The notes beneath the pieces are model-generated. The model searched no databases, had not been told where the DNA came from, and saw only the letters and a list, made by a program, of their open reading frames with translations. A stretch of DNA of 64,000 bases from an uncultured Eubacteriales bacterium (lineage in GTDB: Bacteria > Bacillota > Clostridia > Saccharofermentanales > UBA5734): positions 48,621 to 112,620 of the forward strand of contig CAILLO010000077.1 in assembly GCA_903835065.1 (NCBI GenBank), read 5' to 3'. Below, piece after piece: positions 58,443 to 64,000 of the stretch. Numbering within the stretch: position 1 is the first letter of the stretch; the number at the start of each line of letters is the position of its first letter. The translations under genes and the position numbers were made by a program.

Positions 58443-60581
58443 CTACGGCGCCGAAAGGGCTTCCGCCGTCGGCGCCGGAGCGGCCGCCCTGCGCCGTCTC
58501 CTGCGCGCTACAAGCCAGAGGGCCGCGCCGGTCGTCGCGCCGCCCGCGACGAGGATTCCGAGGCCGAGCGCGAACGAGCCGTCCACGTAGCCGAGGGTGG
58601 CGACGTGGCGGCCCGCCGGGACCTGGAAGGTCATGCGCCCGTAGGAATCCCGGGAAAGCGCATGGGCCTTGCCGTCGACGGTCAGCCGGAACGAGGGATT
58701 CGCGAGGAAGCACACGACGACCTGGCCCCCCGTCGCGAGGTCGGTCGAGACGGTCAGGCGGTTGGTTCCGATCGTCAGCGCCACGCCCTCGGCGGAGGCG
58801 TCGCTCCCCTTCTCGACGAAGGCCATCGGCACCGCCACGTCGTCCCGGTACAGCGTCCGGTTCTCGTCGCCCGCGACGGCCGTCAGCGCGACGAAGGCCG
58901 CGGAGGGGGCGCCCGTCGGCAGGACGTAGTAGCGGACTCCCCAGGCGCGGTAGGGCGCGAGGTCGTCGACGCGGGCGTCCGCGCCCTGGCCGCGCGCGAT
59001 CATGGCGTCGTAGTTGAGTCCGAACGTCGCGTTCTCGTTGTCCTGCGACAGGAAGGGCTCGTAGCCGGCGAACTGGTAGAGGCCCCACAGGGCGGCGTAG
59101 TCGTAGCCGAGCGTCCGGCTCGAGTAGGCCGTGCCGACGTCGAAGCCGACCGACGCGACGCGGTCCTGGCCGATGACGGCGGCGAACGGCTCCGACAGCG
59201 GAAGGGGGTCGCCCTCGTACTTGAGGGACTTGCGCGGATAGGCGAGGTACAGATGCGCCAGGTCGTAGTACTGGGTCAGCAGCACGATGGCGACGAGCGC
59301 CACGGCGCCGACGGCGCGCCAGTCCGGCCGGCCGCCGGCCCTGCGAAGGGGCCGGTCCGGGCGGACCGACAGGAGCTGCATGCCCGCCGCGCCGAGCAGG
59401 ATCAGGAAGAACACGACGAAGACCGTCAGCTTGAACGGCCAGCGGAAGCGGTTGAGGATGGGCACCTGGTAGAGAAGCGGCGTGACCCAGGTGTCGGTCG
59501 CCCATAGGAACGCGAAGGCGGCCAGGGGCACGCTGGCGGTCCAGACGCGCAGCAGGTCCTTCTCCTCCCGCGTGCGGTCGCCCGGCTCCGGGTGGAGCCG
59601 GGTCCGGGACAGCGGGCGCAGCAGGACGAGCAGTCCCGTGCCGGCGCCGAGGAACGCGAGTCCCAGCATCGGACGCCCGAAGAAGGAATAGAAGCGGGCG
59701 CTGTTGAGGGAGACGCCGTCCGCGAAGGGATCCGTCAATCCCTGCACGATCTCCTTGATCGTCGTCGCGCCGGACAGGTAGATGTCGAGGGGCAGCACGT
59801 CGCTGCGGGTCGCCGAGACGGCCATCGCCGACAGCATCGGGAGCAGGAGCGGCGCGCAGGCGACCGCCGTGAGGCCGACCGAGAGGAGGTAGCCCCCCGC
59901 GATGCGGCGCCAGGGCGTGCGTCCGTCCGGTCCGCGTCCGAAGCCGGCGACGGCCAGCAGTCCGAGGAACAGGACCTCGAAGAGGACGCCATAGAGGAAG
60001 TTCTGGGGGTGTCCCACATAGAAGAGGGCCACCTGCGCGGCGACCAGCAGGGCGACCGGCCCCGCGCCGGGTCGGGCCAGGAGTCGGACGGCGCCGAGGA
60101 GCAGGAAGGGGAACCAGGCGGTGAATCCGGTGTAGACGACCCACGAGTCCCCCACGTAGACGACGAAGCTGCACAACGCCCAGGAGAGGCCGGCGGCGAA
60201 CGCGGCCTCGCGCGACAGGCGCAGGTTGCGGACCAGCAGGTACATCCCGAGTGCGGCGACGACCAGGTGCATCGCGACGAGGACGTCGATGCCCGCGAAG
60301 ACCTGGCCGGTCAGCAGCGCGCTGACGGCGAAGGCGAAGTACATCGGCGGGTACAGCACGGCCGTCTGGCCCATGGCGAGGTTCGGCGTCCCCAGGAACT
60401 GGTGGAAGTCGTAGACCGCGAGCGTGCCGCCGCGCAGCGCATCGAACGCATGCGCGAAGAGCGGCAGGTACTGGTGCCGGTTGTCGTCCTGCAGGAAGTA
60501 GTAGGGCGAGGCGGCTTCGAGCCAGAGCAGCGCCGCGAGGACGGCGACGGCCAGAAGGAGCGGGGCCGCCGCGCGCTTCAC
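58443..60581 (-). CDS. Large polytopic membrane protein, GT-C/YfhO-like putative glycosyltransferase
   Basis: 712 aa, GTG start 3 nt after the pgi stop. Many TM segments, an early QDDN loop, a ~230-aa extracytoplasmic C-terminal domain and a final TM. The family call is tentative. Confidence 0.6.
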   Translation of the reverse strand: MKRAAAPLLLAVAVLAALLWLEAASPYYFLQDDNRHQYLPLFAHAFDALRGGTLAVYDFHQFLGTPNLAMGQTAVLYPPMYFAFAVSALLTGQVFAGIDVLVAMHLVVAALGMYLLVRNLRLSREAAFAAGLSWALCSFVVYVGDSWVVYTGFTAWFPFLLLGAVRLLARPGAGPVALLVAAQVALFYVGHPQNFLYGVLFEVLFLGLLAVAGFGRGPDGRTPWRRIAGGYLLSVGLTAVACAPLLLPMLSAMAVSATRSDVLPLDIYLSGATTIKEIVQGLTDPFADGVSLNSARFYSFFGRPMLGLAFLGAGTGLLVLLRPLSRTRLHPEPGDRTREEKDLLRVWTASVPLAAFAFLWATDTWVTPLLYQVPILNRFRWPFKLTVFVVFFLILLGAAGMQLLSVRPDRPLRRAGGRPDWRAVGAVALVAIVLLTQYYDLAHLYLAYPRKSLKYEGDPLPLSEPFAAVIGQDRVASVGFDVGTAYSSRTLGYDYAALWGLYQFAGYEPFLSQDNENATFGLNYDAMIARGQGADARVDDLAPYRAWGVRYYVLPTGAPSAAFVALTAVAGDENRTLYRDDVAVPMAFVEKGSDASAEGVALTIGTNRLTVSTDLATGGQVVVCFLANPSFRLTVDGKAHALSRDSYGRMTFQVPAGRHVATLGYVDGSFALGLGILVAGGATTGAALWLVARRRRRRAAAPAPTAEALSAP

Positions 60582-60584
60582 GGG

Positions 60585-61931
60585 CTACAGGCCGAGACGC
60601 TTCTCGAGGCGCGCCTTCTCGGCTTCGTATCCGGGCTTTCCGAGCAGGGCGAACATGTTCTTCTTGTAGGCCTCGACGCCGGGCTGGTCGAACGGGTTCA
60701 CGCCGAGGACATAGCCGCTGACCGCGCACGCCTTCTCGAAGAAGTACACGAGCTGGCCGAACCAGTAGGGAGTGAGTTCGGGGACGACGACCCGGAGGTT
60801 CGGCACCCCGCCGTCGACGTGGGCGAGTCCGGTGCCCTGCGCGGCCTTCTCGTTGACTTCGTCGAGGTCGCGGCCAGCCAGGAAGTTCAGGCCGTCGAGG
60901 TCCTGCGGGTCATCGGGGATCTCAAGCGTACGACGGGGCTTCTCGACCAGCAGCGCGGTCTCGAAGAGGAAGCGCGCGCCGTCCTGGATATACTGGCCCA
61001 TCGAGTGCAGGTCGGTGGAGAAGTCGGCGCCGGACGGGAAGATGCCCTTCCCGTCCTTGCCTTCGCTCTCGCCGAACAACTGCTTCCACCACTCTGTGAA
61101 GTAGTGGAGCCCTGGCTCGTAGTTCACGAGCATCTCGACCGGATATCCCTTGCGCAACAGGCAGTTGCGGGCCGCCACGTACTGGAGGACCGGATTGGAC
61201 GCGGGGTCGTCGGAGGCGAACGCCCTGCGCGCGTCCTTCGCCCCGCGCATCGTCTCGCGGACGTCGATGCCGGCGACCGCGATCGGAAGAAGGCCCACGG
61301 CGGTCAGCACGGAATATCGGCCGCCGATGTCGTCGGGGATCACGAAGGTCTCGTAGCCTTCCTCGGTCGCGAGCTTGCGCAGTGCGCCGCGGGACCTGTC
61401 CGTCGTCGCGTAGATGCGCGAGCGGGCGCCTTCGCGGCCGTAGCGGGCCTCCATCCAGTTCCGGAGCACGCGGAACGCGACCGCGGGTTCGGTGGTCGTG
61501 CCCGACTTGGAGATCACGTTGACCGAGACGTCCTTGCCCTCGAGCATGTCGAGGAGGTCGGCGAGGTAGGTGGAGCTGATGCTGTTGCCGGCGAAGAGGA
61601 CCTGCGGCGACTTGCGGACCTTCTTGGACGCCGCGTTTCCGAAGGAGTGGCCGAGCATCTCGATCGCGGCGCGGGCGCCGAGGTAGGAGCCGCCGATGCC
61701 GACGACGACCAGGATGTCGCTGTCCCTGCGGATGCGGGCCGCGGCGTGGCGGATCCGTCCGAATTCCTCCTTGTCGAACTTCGCGGGAAGGTCCAGCCAG
61801 CCGAGAAAGTCCGCGCCCGGGCCCCTGCGGGACATCAGCAGCTCGTGCGCGCCGCGCACGGTCGGCGCGAGCAGTTCGGTCTCATGGGGGTTCAGGAAAG
61901 CCATCGCGTTGGACAAGTCGAAACGGATCAT
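60585..61931 (-). CDS. pgi: Glucose-6-phosphate isomerase
   Basis: Start at [14 protein letters not shown] (AAGGAGGAAG RBS). Shows the [14 protein letters not shown] and GGRYSV motifs of the ~450-aa Gram-positive type. Confidence 0.95.
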   Translation of the reverse strand: MIRFDLSNAMAFLNPHETELLAPTVRGAHELLMSRRGPGADFLGWLDLPAKFDKEEFGRIRHAAARIRRDSDILVVVGIGGSYLGARAAIEMLGHSFGNAASKKVRKSPQVLFAGNSISSTYLADLLDMLEGKDVSVNVISKSGTTTEPAVAFRVLRNWMEARYGREGARSRIYATTDRSRGALRKLATEEGYETFVIPDDIGGRYSVLTAVGLLPIAVAGIDVRETMRGAKDARRAFASDDPASNPVLQYVAARNCLLRKGYPVEMLVNYEPGLHYFTEWWKQLFGESEGKDGKGIFPSGADFSTDLHSMGQYIQDGARFLFETALLVEKPRRTLEIPDDPQDLDGLNFLAGRDLDEVNEKAAQGTGLAHVDGGVPNLRVVVPELTPYWFGQLVYFFEKACAVSGYVLGVNPFDQPGVEAYKKNMFALLGKPGYEAEKARLEKRLGL

Positions 61932-61995
61932 CGCTTCCTCCTTGGAAAGGCCGGTCCGCCGCCCTTCCGGCGGCGCCTTCGTCCGGCGCGGCTTT

Positions 61996-62024
61996 ATTGT
62001 ATAATCGAATCGGGCCGGGCGCAA
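61996..62024 (-). promoter_or_regulatory. Candidate pgi promoter, back-to-back with a plus-strand TATAAT
   Basis: Minus strand: TTGCGC (62024-62019), 17-nt spacer, TACAAT (62001-61996). The plus-strand TATAAT at 62000-62005 faces the DUF4364 gene. Confidence 0.45.
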
Positions 62025-62050
62025 TGTCCGGGCGCCGAGAAGGGGGCTCC

Positions 62051-62620
62051 ATGGACCGTCTCGAGACCGCCGAGAACAAGATGATCCTGCTCTACATCCT
62101 CGGCCGCTGGAGCGGGGTCACCGTCGGCCAGCTGACGCGCATCGCGCTCGACACCCGCTACATGGACTACTTCGTCTTCGTTTCCCTGCTCGACGAGCTC
62201 TGCGGGGACGGCCTCGCCGCCCGCAGCGTCCGCAAGGGGGAGCCCCTCCTCGACGCCGACGGCCAGCCCGTCTCGCGCTGCGACCTCACACCGCGCGGCG
62301 CGGAGGTGCTGAAGTCGCTCGAGTCGCGCGTCCCGCGGCACGTGCGCGCCTATCTCTCGCAAGCCGCCGCCTCCTGGGCGAAGGAGCTGAAGAAGGAGAA
62401 CACCGTCGTCGCGACGTTCGACCCCGACGGGAACGGCGCCTACCTCGTGCGCCTGCGCCTGAACGACGGCGTCCACGACGTCGTCGACCTGCGCCTCCTC
62501 GTCCCCGACCGCACCATGGCCGCCTCGATCTGCGCCCAGTGGAGGACGGACACGCAGGAGGCCTACGTCGGGCTCCTGGCCCTGCTCAATCCTCCCGGAA
62601 CGGAAGAGGAGGGGCGGTAG
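62051..62620 (+). CDS. DUF4364-family protein
   Basis: Start at [33 protein letters not shown]. The NK.IILY...T..Q pattern is as I recall for DUF4364. 189 aa. Confidence 0.7.
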   Translation: MDRLETAENKMILLYILGRWSGVTVGQLTRIALDTRYMDYFVFVSLLDELCGDGLAARSVRKGEPLLDADGQPVSRCDLTPRGAEVLKSLESRVPRHVRAYLSQAAASWAKELKKENTVVATFDPDGNGAYLVRLRLNDGVHDVVDLRLLVPDRTMAASICAQWRTDTQEAYVGLLALLNPPGTEEEGR

Positions 62621-62634
62621 GGCCCCTCCTCTTC
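62603..62634. terminator. Bidirectional terminator hairpin between the DUF4364 and fprA genes
   Basis: GAAGAGGAGGGGC-GGTAGG-GCCCCTCCTCTTC, a 13-bp perfect stem. The DUF4364 stop codon sits in the loop. Confidence 0.6.
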
Positions 62635-62663
62635 GATTCCGGCTTCGTGCGCTTCGCCTGCGG

Positions 62664-63878
62664 CTACTTCTCGGCGGCGGGCTTCGAGACGGCCTTGACC
62701 TTCGCCGCGAGGTCCGCGGCATAGTCGTCGAGGCGCAATAGGTCCTCGTCGGTCGGCAGGCCCTTCACGAGGAACGGCTCGAGGCGTTCGGCCTTGAGGC
62801 CGGCCGTGTAGGACTCCATCATCTCGGCGATGCGCGTTCCCCACCCGAAGGAGCCGATCAGGCCGAAATAGCGGACATGGGGCTTCATCGCTGTCGCGAG
62901 GATCGCGGCGAACGCGGCCGCGGGGTGCGCTCCGCCCAGCACGGTCGGCGCGGCGACGATCAGCGCGGCGGCGTCGACCAGGTCGGAGACCATGTGCCCG
63001 GTCTCGAGCATCAGGTTCGGCGGCTCGGAGGCGATATCGCGGCAGATCGCCGAGACGCCGTGCTCCGCGAGGCGGGACGCCAGCCGTTCGACCAGGATTC
63101 CCGTGCTGCCGTGCATCGTCACGAACGGAATCACGACGACCGGCTTCACGTCGTCCGACAGCCACTCGTCGTACAGCGAGAAGACCGCCTCCGGCCTCCA
63201 CCAGACGGGTCCGTGGCTCGGAGCGACCATCACGGGGTCGAAGGACCTGGCCTTGGCGACATACTTCTTCACGTGCGAGGCGAAGGGCATGAAGATTTCG
63301 GCGAAATAGTCACGCGCGGCCTGTATCTGGTCGCGGCCGACCGTCGCGAAGATCTTCTCGGTGGAATAGTGCGACCCGAAGAGGTCGTTGGAGAAGAGAA
63401 TCCGGTCCTCCTCGAGGAAGGCCATCGTGTTGTCCGGCCAGTGGGCGAAGGGCGTCAGCGTGAAGCGCAGCGTCTTGCCGCCCAGGTCGAGCACGTCGCC
63501 CTCCCCGATCAGGAGGAAGCGGCTCTCCGGGATATGGTTGTGGGTCGCCATGAATTCCGCGACCTTCTTCGACGCCACGAGCTGCGCATCCGGCCATTTT
63601 TCGAGGACAGCCCGTACCGAGCCGGAGTGGTCCTGCTCGGTGTGGAGGCACACGACGTAGTCGATCCGCTCGACCTTCGCGTCCGCGAGATTGCGCATCA
63701 GCGTCGCGGTCTTTTCGGGGTCGACGGTGTCGAGGATCGCCGTGGCGCGCGAGCCGGCGACAATGTAGGCGTTGTAAGTGGTTCCGAAGGTCGTCGGCAT
63801 CAGGGAATCGAACAGGTGGCGGTCGTCGTGGGCGGAGCCGACCTCCATCACGCCGTCGCAGATCGAAAGAGCCGGCAT
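62664..63878 (-). CDS. fprA: FprA-family A-type flavoprotein (flavodiiron protein)
   Basis: 404 aa. Metallo-beta-lactamase-like HTEQDHSG di-iron motif plus a C-terminal flavodoxin-like domain. AAGGAG RBS lies inside the rubredoxin 3' end. Confidence 0.92.
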   Translation of the reverse strand: MPALSICDGVMEVGSAHDDRHLFDSLMPTTFGTTYNAYIVAGSRATAILDTVDPEKTATLMRNLADAKVERIDYVVCLHTEQDHSGSVRAVLEKWPDAQLVASKKVAEFMATHNHIPESRFLLIGEGDVLDLGGKTLRFTLTPFAHWPDNTMAFLEEDRILFSNDLFGSHYSTEKIFATVGRDQIQAARDYFAEIFMPFASHVKKYVAKARSFDPVMVAPSHGPVWWRPEAVFSLYDEWLSDDVKPVVVIPFVTMHGSTGILVERLASRLAEHGVSAICRDIASEPPNLMLETGHMVSDLVDAAALIVAAPTVLGGAHPAAAFAAILATAMKPHVRYFGLIGSFGWGTRIAEMMESYTAGLKAERLEPFLVKGLPTDEDLLRLDDYAADLAAKVKAVSKPAAEK

Positions 63879-63882
63879 CGGG

Positions 63883-64000
63883 CTACTCCTTGCTGAATTC
63901 TTCTTTCCCAGCGCCGCAGGTCGGGCAGACCCAGGAATCCGGGATATCGGCGAAGGCCGTACCCGGGGCGATCCCGTTCGCCGGGTCTCCCTCGGCAGGG
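63883..64000 (-). CDS. Rubredoxin, 3' portion (5' end outside the window)
   Basis: Hand translation gives ...[38 protein letters not shown], the conserved rubredoxin C-terminus with the second CxxC pair. Confidence 0.85.
   Translation of the reverse strand, partial: PAEGDPANGIAPGTAFADIPDSWVCPTCGAGKEEFSKE

Overview
GC-rich bacterial chromosome segment (composition judged by eye, not computed). It is densely coding and mostly minus-strand, with strong GGAGG-type ribosome-binding sites and many 4-nt ATGA/GTGA gene overlaps. The gene content suggests an anaerobic, Clostridia-like (Bacillota) organism: DRTGG, DUF4364, DUF5685, YesM/YesN, rubrerythrin, FprA flavodiiron protein and rubredoxin. That taxon call is inference only.

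I can support about 55 protein-coding genes and one tRNA-Pro(UGG). I also list hand-read promoter, operator and terminator candidates, at lower confidence.

Housekeeping genes dominate: pyk, hom, rdgB, argS, gltX, glnS, ligA, pgi, zwf, galE, galT, xylB, several RNA/SAM methyltransferases and a pseudouridine synthase.

Accessory modules:
- An OmpR-type two-component system followed by a HlyD/MacB-type ABC efflux operon that carries an extra Gly/Pro-repeat lipoprotein.
- mgtA convergent with an operon of membrane protein, beta-propeller lipoprotein and Nramp.
- A YesM/YesN-controlled sugar ABC locus that continues into an MFS gene, zwf and a cyclase-fold hydrolase.
- A cassette of DUF5685, a cysteine-string J-domain protein and a membrane protein.
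- An AraC regulator coupled to a PBP5-like protein whose three catalytic motifs are all degenerate.
- A CDGSH iron-sulfur ORF with no canonical start codon, absent from the ORF track.

I saw no CRISPR array, transposase, integrase, phage gene or recognisable defence system. No single locus is clearly a new system. The best candidates for uncharacterised biology are the J-domain cassette and the efflux-operon lipoprotein.

Many ORF-track entries are high-GC shadow ORFs or upstream-extended fusions. I re-assigned starts using RBS spacing, overlap logic and where the protein becomes family-like. All family calls come from motif recognition by eye; no searches were run.
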